Assembly: GCA_951406725.2 (NCBI GenBank)
Contig: OX597824.1
Location: 81,530,001-81,594,000 of the forward strand
Source: Octopus vulgaris
Taxonomy: Eukaryota
Reading direction: 5' to 3'
DNA: 64,000 nt
Positions within the stretch are counted from its first letter, which is position 1; each line of letters starts with the position of its first letter. The notes under the pieces were generated by a model that worked only from the letters and a program-made list of their open reading frames with translations, searched no databases and was not told where the DNA came from. The position numbers were made by a program, and so were the translations under genes. Shown here piece after piece: positions 1 through 13,847 of the stretch.

Positions 1-564
1 TGCTATTTGACATAACCTTTGACTATGTCCATGCCAACGATGGAATCTGCATAAAATCAATTCTTTCTCCTTCACCGGCACACATCCAAGTATCAAGTTT
101 TATTTTTGAAATGATGAAATATAATATATTAACTGGTTTTAGTGTTATACGACTATACGTGTCATGGAAATGAAAACCGTATATTAAATTATGTCAAACA
201 AATATGAAATGTCGGGATGGAATTAATGGTTTCCGAAATTTAATCTCGCGCCTTTAAAGACTTGCCTTGAGTGAGATAAATGATATCGTGGAGGCATGGA
301 TCTAATGTTATTTGAAGGCGAATATAATGTTTATATCATTACTGTAGCCATAGATCGAAAGGTTGGAGAGAGAGGGAGAGAGGGAAAGAGAGAGAGAGTG
401 AGAGAGAGAGAGAGTGAGAGAGAGAGAGAGAGTGGTGAGAGATTGAGCGGGTGAGTGATCGAAGGTGGAAGTATGGGACCGTGCGAGTGAAAGGGAGATA
501 ATAATTCCCGGTGATTGGTTTATCTATCGTTATATTATGACGTCTATCACGTGGATGTCTAATA

Positions 565-598
<34 letters not shown>

Positions 599-674
599 TA
601 GTTATATGTTACACGTTCACGAGAAAGTTATATATATATGTGTATATATATATACATATACATATATGTATATA

Positions 675-734
<60 letters not shown>

Positions 735-739
<5 letters not shown>

Positions 740-945
740 TTATGCTTTTACTTGTTTCAGTCATCTGCGTGTAGCCATGCTGGGGCCCCACTTCGAGGAG
801 TTTTAGTCGAACAAATCCACCTCTGGACTTACTTTTTTAAGCCTAGTACTTATACTATTGACCCTTTTTACCAAACCACTAAGTTGAGGGTACATAAACA
901 CATGAATGCCGGTTGTCAAGCGGTGATGAGGCTAACAAACACAGT
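735..945 (-). mobile_element. SINE B, 3' half, diverged
   Basis: Matches reverse complement of the B tail (TTTTACTTGTTTCAGTCAT...GCCATGCTGG) seen in full copies. Confidence 0.75.
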
Positions 946-982
946 TCACGAGCACAAACACACACATGCACACACATCTATC

Positions 983-1100
<118 letters not shown>

Positions 1101-1106
1101 CTCTCC

Positions 1107-1140
<34 letters not shown>

Positions 1141-1142
<2 letters not shown>

Positions 1143-1800
1143 TAAATAATATTAGGGAATTTGATTCCAAACTTACTAGGAAAAAATTCAATTTCGTAAT
1201 ACAAAATTAAATTTCACAATATAAAATACAAGTATATAAATTAGAGAAGAACCACCATGTAGCAATTCAATAATGATATACTTAAATCATGCCATATAGA
1301 AAAAATTAAAGATACGATAAAACAATTTCCTAGAACTAAATAAAGTACGAAATAATAAATAGATATTACATAATTAGTAAATACTCAACACGTGTTTCGT
1401 GGCTATATTTTCAAATTGATAACAATAAAATCAATTCAATTTAAATATAGTCACTCATCAGGTCCAAGGTAAAAACAATAAAGTAATTTTGGAATATATG
1501 GGAAACATTACGATTTAGAAATGTTCAATCCCGCAACTGTAGTACACAAACTTTGGATTATATTTGAAGACTATTGTGAAAATATTTCAACCCTATAAGA
1601 GTATCAAAAATTCATCTAACAGCTTCAAAACCTTATCGATATAATGATACTGGAAGAATCAACGAGGGCCATAACTAAAGAAATTCCGGTGTCAGAGTGG
1701 ATTGTCAGAAAGTGATGCATGAAAACATTCGATACAATTCCTATGCCCTGTGATCAATTCTTGTCGTAAAGACAGTGAAACCATTTGTTCTCTCTCAAGA
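1141..1800 (-). mobile_element. Penelope-like element terminal fragment with hammerhead-like motif
   Basis: Lies between microsatellites; minus strand 1461-1387 reads CTGATGA, long stem, GAAA-CACGTG-TT, the minimal type I hammerhead layout known from Penelope-like pseudo-LTRs. Confidence 0.45.
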
Positions 1801-1825
1801 TGTTATTTATCAATACATACATACA

Positions 1826-1859
<34 letters not shown>

Positions 1860-2001
1860 CATACATACATACACACATATATATATATATATACATATAT
1901 AAAATTCTGCGATTTATTTTCATTAGATAATTATTCGTTTCTTTAAGTAATTCAATAAATTTCTCTTCAATACAGAAAAAATAATTAATAAATATTTATA
2001 T

Positions 2002-2165
2002 AGGCGCAGGAGTGGCTGTGTGGTAAGTAGCTTGCTAACCAGTCGCATGGTTCCTGGTTCAGTCCTACTGCGTAGCACCTTGGGTGAGTAATTTCTGCTA
2101 TAGCCTCGGGACAACCAAAGCCTTGTGAGTGGATTTGGTAGATGGAAACTGAAAGAAGCCCGTCG

Positions 2166-2241
<76 letters not shown>

Positions 2242-2469
2242 TGTGTGTGTATGTGTGTGTGTGTGTGTCTGTTTGTCCCCCCATCATCGCTTGACGACCA
2301 ATGCTTATGTGTTTACGTTCCTGTAACTTAGCTGTTCGGCTCAAGTGACCGATAGAATAAGTTGTAGACTTACAAAGAATAAGACCTGGGTTTGATTTGC
2401 TTGACTAAAGGCGGTGCTCCAGCATGGCCGCAGTCAGATGACTGAAACAAGTAAAAGAATAAAAGAATA
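2002..2469 (+). mobile_element. SINE B, full length, internal (TA)n(TG)n tract
   Basis: A-box-like TGGCTGTGTGG, B-box-like GGTTCAGTCC, internal microsatellite, tail CAGCATGGCCGCAGTCA.ATGACTGAAACAAGTAAAAG; more than 10 related copies in window. Confidence 0.85.
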
Positions 2470-2530
2470 CTATAAAAGTTATTAAATGCATAAAGGGCGT
2501 TGCTTCTGCAGCACCCTGTATATATATATG

Positions 2531-2711
<181 letters not shown>

Positions 2712-2803
2712 GTGTGTGTGTGTGTGTGTGTTTGTATGTGTGTATGTATGTATGTATGTATGTATGTATGTATATACATACGTACATACATATATATATA
2801 TAC

Positions 2804-2836
<33 letters not shown>

Positions 2837-3594
2837 AAGAGAGAGAGAGAAAGAAATGGAGAGATAGATAAATATATATATATACATGTATATAACTATA
2901 TATGTACGTATGCATACGCAAGCCTCTAAGATTCTCAGCATTTTCTTCCTCTCCTACATAACACTTGCTCTATATTTATTTTCTAACCGAGAGTGCATTA
3001 TGCTATATTATTAGTATTGCTCTTCAGTTAAATATGATAATTTTATAATATAAATAATCTGAAACATCTGCACAGGAGCCTAACTTGAAAGTGCAACAAG
3101 TACCGAGTATAAGAAAATCAATTAATTTCGTTTACAGCATAGCGGTTAATGGTAATATTTAGAACAGGAACATGTAGCGCTTTGATTATAGTAGTGAGTC
3201 TTCTTAATGTGGAATCAATAAGTTTCAGTGGCTACCCGAGATTTACGAATCTAAATCAAGCGTCGATGAATGTATCTCATCTCAATAATAATTGTTGAGT
3301 ACGGTGATGATTTATTAAAAGCTGAAAATAATAATTATTGGTATAATTTAGACTTTGATATTTCGCCTTTTCGAGTTTTAATTAAGGTGTTCCGAAGAAA
3401 GTTCTGGCCATTTATGAATAGTTTCGAGGAGAAGGGAGCGAGGTAAAATGATAGGATGATTTAAGAAAGTGAAGTGAGGTTAAGATAAGCAAGCGTTTAA
3501 TGATGGAAGCTTCGCTGAGCTGGTCTATATAATATTATGGTGTCCATATTCGAAAGGAAGGAAGCGTAGCTATATTGGTTATATTCTTAAAGGT

Positions 3595-3962
3595 GTGGAG
3601 GCGCAATGGCCCAGTGGTTAGGACAGCGGACTCGCGGTCGGACGATCGCGGTTTCTATTCCCAGACCGGGCGTTGTGAGTGTTTATTGAGCGAAAACACC
3701 TAAAAAGCTCCACGAGGCTCCGGCAGGGGATGGTGGTGATCCCTGCTTTCTCTCACTCTTACTTCCTGTTTCTGTTGTACCTGTATTTCAAAGGGCTGTC
3801 CTTGTCACTCTCTGTGTCACGCTGAATATCCCCGAGAACTACGTTAAGGGTACACGTGTCTGTGGAGTGCTCAGCCACTTACACGTTAATTTCACGAGTA
3901 GGCTGTTCCGTTGATTCGGATCAACCGGAACCCCTCTTCGTCGTAACCGACGGAGTGCTTTC
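3595..3962 (+). mobile_element. SINE A (tRNA-derived)
   Basis: A box TGGCCCAGTGG, B-box-like GGTTTCTATTCC; 12-bp TSD ATTCTTAAAGGT (3583-3594/3963-3974). Confidence 0.92.
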
Positions 3963-4136
3963 ATTCTTAAAGGTAAAAGTTTGGGGGAGAATGGTGATGA
4001 GAATATATGGATATAAGATGCAGATTGGACTGTGTTAATCTTAACCACGGAGTCATATTTGCGAATAAGAGAAAAATATTATATATTTGAACAGCTTCGA
4101 AACCTGCGCATACATATATGCACGCATACATATGCA

Positions 4137-4297
4137 TCCCGTAACTTTGCGGTTCGGCAAAAGGAGACCGATAGAATAAGTACTAGGCTTACAAAAGAAT
4201 AAGTCCTGGGGTCGATTTGCTCGACCAAAGGCAGTGCTCCAGCATGGCCGCAGTCAAATGACTGAAACAAGTAAAAAAGAGTAAAAAGAGTAAAGGG
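4137..4297 (+). mobile_element. SINE B, 5'-truncated
   Basis: B 3' region GGTTCGGCAAAAG...GACTGAAACAAGTAAAA. Confidence 0.8.
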
Positions 4298-4486
4298 ATA
4301 AATAAACGAGTACAAGCATGGGCAAAGTGCATCGGAAACTCCTGCTTGACTACTCTGAGTATTAAATTCACATGTTCATCATTTATATTTGTACTTGACT
4401 ATGTCAGTAAATACAAAAGAGAAAAGTAAAGGCTATTTACCAACATAATGTGGCTGTCCTGTCAAAGGTTATGTCAAATAGCAATG

Positions 4487-4879
4487 GTGGAGGCGCAATG
4501 GCTCAGTGGTTAGGGCAGCGGACGCGCGGTCATAGGATCGCGGTTTCGATTCCCAGACCGGGCGTTGTGAGTGTTTATTGAGCGAAAACACCTAAAAAGC
4601 TCCACGAGGCTCCGGCAGGGGATGGTGGTGATCCCTGCTGTACTCTTTCATCACAAGTTTCTCTCACCCTTACTTCCTGTTTCTGTTGTACCTGTATTTC
4701 AAAGGGCCGACCTTGTCACTCTCTGTGTCACGCTGAATATCCCCGAGAACTACGTTAAGGGTACACGTGTCTGTGGAGTGCTCAGCCAGTTACGCGTTAA
4801 TTTCACGAGCAGGCTGTTCCTTTGACTCGGATCAACCGGAACCCTCGTCGTCGTAACCGACGGAGTGCTTCCCTCCCCG
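4487..4879 (+). mobile_element. SINE A
   Basis: Near-identical to other A copies; TSD CAAATAGCAATG (4475-4486/4880-4891). Confidence 0.92.
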
Positions 4880-5074
4880 CAAATAGCAATGGTTGATTTA
4901 TTTAAAATCATGAAATTAAACAAATGTTAAACAGAGCAAAGATTTTTTTCTCATCGTGACATATATATTAGAAAGTTGTACATCGATGTACGTGATATGG
5001 ATAGACATATTCGTGTATGTGTGTTACTATGTGACCCCGTACTGTATATGTACTTGAGTATGTGTTTGTATTTA

Positions 5075-5458
5075 TCTCTCTCTATATAAACGGCAGTTTG
5101 TCTGTGTGTGTTTCTGTGTGTCTGTTTGGTTGTACCCTCACTCTGACCACGGCTTTCAACCGATTCTGATGAAACTTGACACACACATAGCCCAATGTCA
5201 TAATTCAAAACTAACGCAGCGAAAATTTTGAAAAGTTCCCCCAGTTCTGAAAATAATCGATAAATTCGACATGGGGTCGAGAATCAGAAACACAAACCAC
5301 AGACTGTCTAGGGGACGCAACTCCACCTTTTTAACTCTCAAAAAAATTTACCATCATTTTTTTCCCCATTTTTTTGCTATATTTTGGCTATAACTATCTA
5401 AAAATGCTTTATAGTTATTTCCCTTACAAACCCGAGCAACGCCGGGCGATACTGCTAG
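5075..5458 (+). mobile_element. Non-autonomous Helitron (subfamily 1)
   Basis: Starts TC after A, ends CTAG before T, subterminal hairpin CCCG-AGCAACGC-CGGG; 3' ~120 bp shared with 7284-7684. Confidence 0.8.
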
Positions 5459-5747
5459 TCTATATATATATATATGTGTGTATGTGTGTGTGTGTGTGAG
5501 AGAGAGAGTGTGTGTATATATAATATATGCATGTTACCGTTGTTTAGCCCCAGGAAACATCGTTTCCAGCTGTGCCCTTATATTTTCGAACAGGGAGTTC
5601 AATATTCCAATCTAGCGTAAAATAACATCTGTGGACTGGTTTCTGGTAATAACCCAGAACTGTTACTGAATACCTCTCATTGAGAGATTTATTGCTTGCA
5701 TACAGTTTTTAAAGATCAGTGAGGAAAAGTTACTGGAAAAACGATAT

Positions 5748-6157
5748 AGGCGCAGGAGTGGCTGTGTGGTAAGTAGCTTGCTAACCAACCACATGGTTCC
5801 GGGTTCAGTCCCACTGCGTGGCATCTTGGGCAAGTGTCTTCTGCTATAGCCCCGGGCCGACTAATGCCTTATGAGTGGATTTGGTAGACGGAAACTGAAA
5901 GAAGCCTGTCGTATACATGTATATATATGTATGTGTGTGTGTGTATTTGTGTGTCTGTGTTTGTCCCCCCTAGCATTGCTTGACCACCGATGCTGGTGTG
6001 TCTACGTCCGCGTCACTTAGCGGTTCGGCAAAAGAGACCGATAGAATAAGTACTGGGCTTACAAAGAATAAGTCCCGGGGTCGATTTGCTCGACTAAAGG
6101 TGGTGCTCCAGCATGGCCGCAGTCAAATGACTGAAACAAGTAAAAGAGTAAAGAGTA
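5748..6157 (+). mobile_element. SINE B, full length
   Basis: Complete head, internal microsatellite and (AAAGAGT)-type tail. Confidence 0.87.
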
Positions 6158-6751
6158 TAAGTATTTGCATTGGGACCCCTTTCATCGAAAACCGGTGATT
6201 GTCGTACGCTGAGGACAGGTCAAAACCTAGAAACTGCAGTCCGTGCGTATCACTTACGTTGACGAGGGAAGGATGAACTCCCTTTGCAAATACCATAAGG
6301 GCACAGAAAGTGGGCGTATAGCCAGCTGGAGACGATGTTCTCCTGGGGCTACAAGCTACAGTAACACCCACCCTTAGTGGTTAGCCATATTGAGATGGCA
6401 AGTATACCTCACAATGACATTTCTATTTTATAAACGAGAAAAAAGGTCTTAAAAACGAAATACTGCGGCATCTGGAAGTCCTCTTGCACTGGTGAGCCGG
6501 CAAAACTCATGTGTTATGAAGGAAGAGATGTTTTCCGGTGGTGAAAAGCAACAAGTATCGGATATCCACATGCAAGAACGTAATAAAAATGAATAGATAC
6601 GTTATTGTTAGGATTTTAGCTCTTCCGCTCGCGCCCCCTGAAATAAGTGTTTTGGCAGACATCTGCATACACTTACATATAACTGTTAACGGATAACCAT
6701 AACGAAGAACTACTCTTGTGATATTTAACAGTCTCACTGTAAAACATATGA

Positions 6752-7111
6752 TGGAGGCGCAATGGCCCAGTGGTTAGGGCAGCGGACTCGCGGTCGTAGG
6801 ATCGCGGTTTCTATTCCCAGACCGGGCGTTGTGAGTGTTTATTGAGCGAAAACACCTAAAAGTTCCACGAGGCTCCGGTAGGGGATGGTGGTGATCCCTG
6901 CTGTACTCTTTCACCACAACTTTCTCTCACTCTTGCTTCCTATTTCTGTTGTACCTGTATTTCAAAGGGCCGGTCTTGTCACTCTCTTGTGTCACGCTGA
7001 ATATCCCCGAGAACTACGTTAAGGGTACACGTGTCTGTGGAGTGCTCAGCCACTTATACGTTAATTTCACGAGCAGGCTGTTCCGTTGATTCGGAGTGCT
7101 TCCATCCATCC
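6752..7111 (+). mobile_element. SINE A with ~30-bp deletion near the 3' end
   Basis: TSD AAAACATATGAT(G); deletion joins two CGGA microhomologies. Confidence 0.9.
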
Positions 7112-7283
7112 AAAACATATGATGAAGTCGAAATTTCGTGATGTCTCGAAAGCTCTTTACGCCATTGAATAGATTAACCACGATTGTTGTGAATATAGAT
7201 CAGTGAAAGGGAGGAGGGTGTTCTCCAGAAGTGAAAACAACAGCGATCGAATACTCACGTTCGAATCTGCGGTGAAGTGAATA

Positions 7284-7684
7284 TCTATATATATAAAAGT
7301 GAAGTTGTGTGAGTGTCTGTCTCCTACGATTTAGATTCCTAACTACTCCAACATTTTGCGGTGCAGCTTAACCAAAACCGGGTATCTTATAGTCGTGATT
7401 CATATCGAGCCCTTCTGGGTATTAGCGCGCGTCTACGATGAGTCTACGATTTAAAAAAAGAAATTACCATAATTTTTTTCCATTTTAATGCATTTTTCGC
7501 TATTATATAAGGGAAGTAACTCTCTAAAAATGTCTACGATGAGTCAACAATTTTAAAAAAAATTTACCATCAGTTTTTTTCCATTTTTAATGCATTTTTT
7601 GCTATTTTTTGGCTATAACTCTCTAAAAATGCTTATATAGTTATTTCCCTTACAAACCCGAGCAACGCCGGGCGATACTGCTAG
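7284..7684 (+). mobile_element. Non-autonomous Helitron (subfamily 2)
   Basis: A|TCTATATATATAAA...CCCGAGCAACGCCGGGCGATACTGCTAG|T; related copy at 32045. Confidence 0.83.
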
Positions 7685-8116
7685 TATATTATAAAGAAAA
7701 GATATTCTGAAAGTATAAGGAACCGCCTATCTTCCAGATAACGGCTCGAAGAATAATTGCACGTAAAATATTTCCTCTCTAAGGAATATTGAATAATTAA
7801 CGAGAAAAGACACACATGCATACACACATACATGCATACATACATACATGCATACATACATACATGCATACATATATACATACATGCATACATACATATA
7901 TACATACATACATACATGCATATATACATACATGCAGACATATATACATACATGCATACATACATACATACATGCATAAATACATACATACATGTATACA
8001 TACATACATACATACATACATACATACATGCGTGCATACCAATCCTTGACCCTGTTGAGAACGATATTTCTTGCACTACGAAGGGCTGCCAACTCAAACC
8101 CACACACACACACACA

Positions 8117-8420
8117 TATAAGAGAAAAAAAGATCACAAAGCCAAGGCTGTGAGGAGTTTTCAGGACATTTATAAGGAAAAAGATAGAGATATAGTTTTA
8201 CAGCTGTTTCTGGGATATTATGGCTATCCTTTCATCAGAGACGATGTGAGTTGGTTAAGTATAGGTAAATGTTTAAGTTCCAAATATGGAATTATTATGG
8301 AAAAGGAAGAGGGAGATAGGGATTATAGAGGGAAATAGGAGAATGAAAGTAGAAATAAATATAAAGTATATAAAGATATTGTAGTTGCGGTTCCATTATT
8401 CGAGGAAAATGGGGTATACG
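8117..8420 (-). mobile_element. Penelope-like terminal fragment with hammerhead-like motif
   Basis: Minus strand 8242-8195: GTCT-CTGATGA-AA-GGATA-loop-TATCC-CA-GAAA-CAGCTG-TA. Confidence 0.45.
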
Positions 8421-8444
8421 TATATACATGCATACGTACATAAT

Positions 8445-8696
8445 TCTTTCGCCCTTTTAAAGCCTATCCAGGCTCATGGGCCCGGTTTCCTGGTTTCTAT
8501 GGCGTATGTGTTCCCTAGCTGGACGGGATGTTAGTCCATCGCAGCGTTACTCATTTTTGCCAGCTGTGTGGACTAGAGCAACGTGAAATGAAATGTTTTG
8601 CTCAAGAACACAACGTGTCACCCGGTCCTGGAATCGAAACCACAATCTTACGATCACGATGCTGACACCCTTACCACTAAGCCACGCGTCTCCACA
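8445..8696 (-). mobile_element. tRNA-derived SINE with CORE-like body and tail type 2
   Basis: Minus head GTGGAGACGCGTGGCTTAGTGG, B box GGTTTCGATTCC, body TTCTTGAGCAAAACATTTCATTTCACGTTGCTC, tail shared with 14267-14576. Confidence 0.75.
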
Positions 8697-9079
8697 ATAC
8701 ATACACACATTAGTTCAAATTGCATTTTCGCTTTCTTCGTCAACATTCCTCGTTAGTAACAAGCAACAAGCAAATAAATCGTCAAAGACGGATAATACAA
8801 TTGAATTTAAAATAATTTACCCTTTTACGCGCTCCTGTCAAAAAAGAAGAAAAAAAAAAAGAAAAGGGAAAAGGAAATCAATAGAAAACGCAATAGATTA
8901 TAATTAAAGTACATCGTATCGAATCCTATCAAATGATGTGATGGCGTGAACTCTATGCTCTGTATTTAATTAAGTTTTCGCCTAACGATCAGCTCCTCCT
9001 ATACCGCTCACTATAGTTTGGAAGCAACCAAATATATGGTATGTGTATGCGTATATATTTCAGTCTTTACACATATATA

Positions 9080-9146
<67 letters not shown>

Positions 9147-9415
9147 TTTGTTAAAAATGCAATTGAGAATGTAATAACACATCATTATGAAATCTACGAG
9201 AATTGAAAAGGAGCTTTCGTTTTGTTTCACTTTATATTTAATATTACAATTATAATTATAGCTACGCGTAGTTGTTACAAATCTTAACACTTTGCTTCAT
9301 TTATTATAGGGCATACACGTCCCTGCTGCAAACCATGATACACACACACATATGCATATGTATATAAACGTATATATATATATACATATGTATATATATA
9401 CATATATACATATAT

Positions 9416-9495
<80 letters not shown>

Positions 9496-9618
9496 TACAT
9501 ATATATATATATATATACTTACATACATGCATATATACATATAGATAAATATATATACGATATATATATATATATATACTTACATACATACATATATACA
9601 TATAGATAAATATATATA

Positions 9619-9664
<46 letters not shown>

Positions 9665-9796
9665 ACATATATATATATATATATGTAAGTATACACGCGT
9701 ACATACATATAGGTACACGTATATTTGTACATATATCATATCCCTTTATATGTATACATTTATATATATAGATATATATAGATATATAGCTAGATG

Positions 9797-9844
<48 letters not shown>

Positions 9845-10184
9845 TGTATATGTGCGGACAAGCGTGTGTACTTCTGTATGTATAAGACTGCGATTGTGTG
9901 TCAGCGCGTAAATCTAGCCATTTCTCTCTCTATATACATCACTCTCTCCCTATGTCTCATAATCACGTGGAAAGATATAAGTTGACTACAGGTTTTACTC
10001 GTAACTATTAAGCGTAAAACTTTTGATTCGATAAACATTTATTTAATTAATCCATTATATCTATTTATTTTACACAATTTGGTGTTTTGTTTTTGTTTTC
10101 AATCGTTATTGTTCTCGATGTTACTGCTCTTCGCGAAATCAAATACCGTTTCGTTTAGCTGTTTTTTTAGCAGTTTTTTAGCTG

Positions 10185-10247
<63 letters not shown>

Positions 10248-10369
10248 TGCCTATTTAGTTTATATGTTTTTGTTGCATTTAATTCTTTTTAAAAGCCAAT
10301 ATATTGATGTGAATGTTTAAAATGTAATAATAATGTTGAATGAAATTGGCCGGTCATTCAACAACGTGC

Positions 10370-10820
<451 letters not shown>

Positions 10821-11040
10821 ATTCATTTAAATAAAGTTCCCTGTTTAACGAAAGAAACCCTTCGTGTGGCACGTGAAATAATTCGACATCTCCAGTTGTA
10901 ACATAACCGAGGGAAAATACTAATTACACATTCTTCTCGGTGTTTCATTTATTGGGTTGTCCGGAAAGTTCGTGCCGATTTTTTAAAGGAAAGAAGAAGG
11001 TCAATAAATACTTGTCATTACATTTTTAATCAACCAAATA

Positions 11041-11253
11041 TACTCCTTTTCTCTTTACTCTTTTACTCGTTTCAGTCATTTGACTGCGGCCATGCTGGAG
11101 CACCGCCTTTAATCGAGCACCTCGACCCCGGCACTTATTCCTTGCAAGCCCAGTACTTATTCTATCGGTCTGTTTTGCCTCTAAGTGACGAGGACATAAA
11201 CACACCAGCATCGGTTGTCAAGCAATGCTAGGGGGACAAACACAGACACACAA

Positions 11254-11286
<33 letters not shown>

Positions 11287-11457
11287 CATATATACGACGG
11301 GCTTCTTTCAGTTTTCGTCTACCAAATCCACTCACAAGGCTTTGGTCGGCCCGAAGCTATAGTAGAAGACACTTGCCCAAGGTGCCACGCAGTGGGACTG
11401 AACCCAGAACCATGTGGTTGGTAAACAAGCTACTTACCACACAGCCACTCCTGCGCC
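11041..11457 (-). mobile_element. SINE B nested in mariner
   Basis: Full reverse-complement copy of B. Confidence 0.87.
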
Positions 11458-11459
11458 AT

Positions 11460-11705
11460 TTTGTTGAACAATGCGTATCCATCTTTCCTTTAGCTTGAAA
11501 ATACCTCTTCCCAGAATTGAGGTGGTTTCATGGCAAAGAATTCATCAAGGTATCATTTTACGTCATTCAAGGAATTGAAATTTTTTTACCATTAAGACTA
11601 TTCTGTAGAGACCTGAATAAGTGGAAATCCAAAGGAGCAATATCTGGTGAATATGGAGGGTGGGGTAACACATCCCAGCCGAGCTGCAGCAATTTTTGTC
11701 TGGTT
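11460..11705 (-). pseudogene. Mariner transposase C-terminal fragment
   Basis: Minus translation TRQKLLQLGWDVLPHPPYSPDIAPLDFHLFRSLQNSLNGKK (mariner YSPDLAP motif), then frameshift and stop. Confidence 0.9.
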
Positions 11706-11906
11706 CCAAAAGCATCAAGTGCCGAAAATGCACTTTCTTATCTTCCATATTAAAGGGTTACAAAATTAACACAGGTTATGGGAACATTAACCTTCTTCCT
11801 GGAAAAGATAGCGTAAACTGTGCTCTAAATAAAGGTGTAGTCAAATCCTATTTTATGGACTCAACCATGTTCTAATATAAGTCGAAATGTAAGCTACTAT
11901 AAATCG

Positions 11907-12295
11907 GTGGAGGCGCAATGGCCCAGTGGTTAGGGCAGCGAACTCGCGGTCATAGGATCGCGGTTTCGATTCCCAGACCGGGCGTTGTGAGTGTTTATTG
12001 AGCGAAAACACCTAAAGCTCCACGAGGCTCCGGCAGGGGATGGTGGTGATCCCTGCTGTACTCTTTCACCACAACTTTCTCTCACTCTTACTTCCTGTTT
12101 CTGTTGTACCTGTATTTCAAGGGGCCGGCCTTGTCACTCTCTATGTCACGTTGAATATCCCCGAGAACTACGTTAAGGGTACACGTGTCTGTGGAGTGCT
12201 CAGCCACTTACACGTTAATTTCACGAGCAGGCTGTTCCGTTGATTCGGATCAACCGGAACACTCGTCGACGTAACCGACGGAGTGCTTCCACTCC
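11907..12295 (+). mobile_element. SINE A nested at the mariner TIR
   Basis: TSD ACTATAAATCG (11896-11906/12296-12306). Confidence 0.92.
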
Positions 12296-12799
12296 ACTAT
12301 AAATCGCCACGAACTTTCCGGACAACCAAATATTTTGTTCCCCAACACCTCCTCCTCCTCATCATCATCATCATCCGCTTCAGCATCTTTGCCTTAGTTT
12401 TTAATCAATATTATTAACATCTACATCATCATCATTGCCGGCAACTTTCTTCATCATCGTTTTCATCGTCGTCATTATCACTGATATTTAACATGGCCTC
12501 CATAATCTTCATTAGCACCGTGTTTATCACCACCTTCCTTTGCCTCTCCTCCACTTACTCATTCTGATCTTCATCATCAACCTCATCACCGTCATCGTAA
12601 TCAACACCACCTTTATCATGATCATCATCATGATCATCATCATGATCGTCATCCTTATTATTATCATTATCACCGTTATTATTATCATCATCATGAACGT
12701 CATCATCGTTCTTGTCGTCATCATCAAATCAAATCATCTTCACCATTATCATCATCACAATCATCATTTAAAACAAACACCCCATTCTACTCTTCACCA

Positions 12800-13125
<326 letters not shown>

Positions 13126-13384
13126 AAAATCCCCTTCATCTTCATCATTTACTCTTCTCAATCGTCGTTGTCATCATTATCATCTTCATCCTTATCAGTA
13201 TCTTCACCAGATTTTGTACTAATTCGTGGATGCATCCATGGACGCTGTGTTATTCACGTGAAGGAACGTGATCTGATAAACATGAACTATCTGAAACCGT
13301 TGGATTGAACCAAGTGCTTGAAGGGCATCGTGAAAGTAAGAACCACTCTTTTGTCTCTGCCCATAAATAGCATACCTAAATATT

Positions 13385-13640
13385 CGTTCCTAATCTAGGC
13401 ACAAGGCCAGATATCTGAGGAGAGGGCGCCAGTCGATTAAATCGACCCCAGTATGCAACTGGTGCTTAATTTATCGACCCCGAAAGAATGAAAGGCAAAG
13501 TCGACCTCAGCGCAATTTGAACTCAGAACTTAAAGACATACGAAATACCTATTTCTTTACTGCTTACAAGAGGCTACACACAGAGGGGACAGACAAACAC
13601 GGATTAACTCGATTATATCGACCCCAGTGCGTAACTGGTA
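13385..13640 (-). mobile_element. SINE C dimer fragment (tail C1 joined to a unit with tail C2)
   Basis: Central GCCTTTCATTCTTTCGGGGTCGATAAATTAAG; minus-strand junction AAAGAAATAGGTATTTCGT. Confidence 0.8.
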
Positions 13641-13847
13641 TTGACGCATGCATACCAGAATAAATACACCAATGCTTATATACTACCTATTACGTTTTCC
13701 GCTTCTGCAATACGTTGAGCTTGTACGTTAATTTACAAATCTGTAGAGGATGAAATGTATAGTCACCCTCGTCGAGATTTGATCTCAAACTGCCAAGAAA
13801 TGGAATTATTGAATGTTGATATATTTTATATCGGTTTAAGGCAGCAT

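Larger units (their letters stand above)
10952..12330 (-). mobile_element. Internally deleted mariner transposon with both TIRs and two nested SINEs
   Basis: 30-bp TIRs TTGGGTTGTCCGGAAAGTTCGTGCCGATTT (10952-10981) and 12301-12330 (2 mismatches), TA on each side; transposase remnant inside. Confidence 0.9.

Noticed and set aside
3595-3670. tRNA gene
   Set aside because: A/B boxes present but continuous with a SINE body and tail and bounded by a TSD; no complete cloverleaf evident.
4571-4825. Recurrent peptide MVVIPAVLFHHNFLS... in several ORFs
   Set aside because: Chance frame inside SINE A; recurrence reflects SINE copy number.
13211-13334. Plus-strand coding exon (CAG acceptor, GTAAGA donor)
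   Set aside because: Stops in all three frames; could only be non-coding and has no other support.
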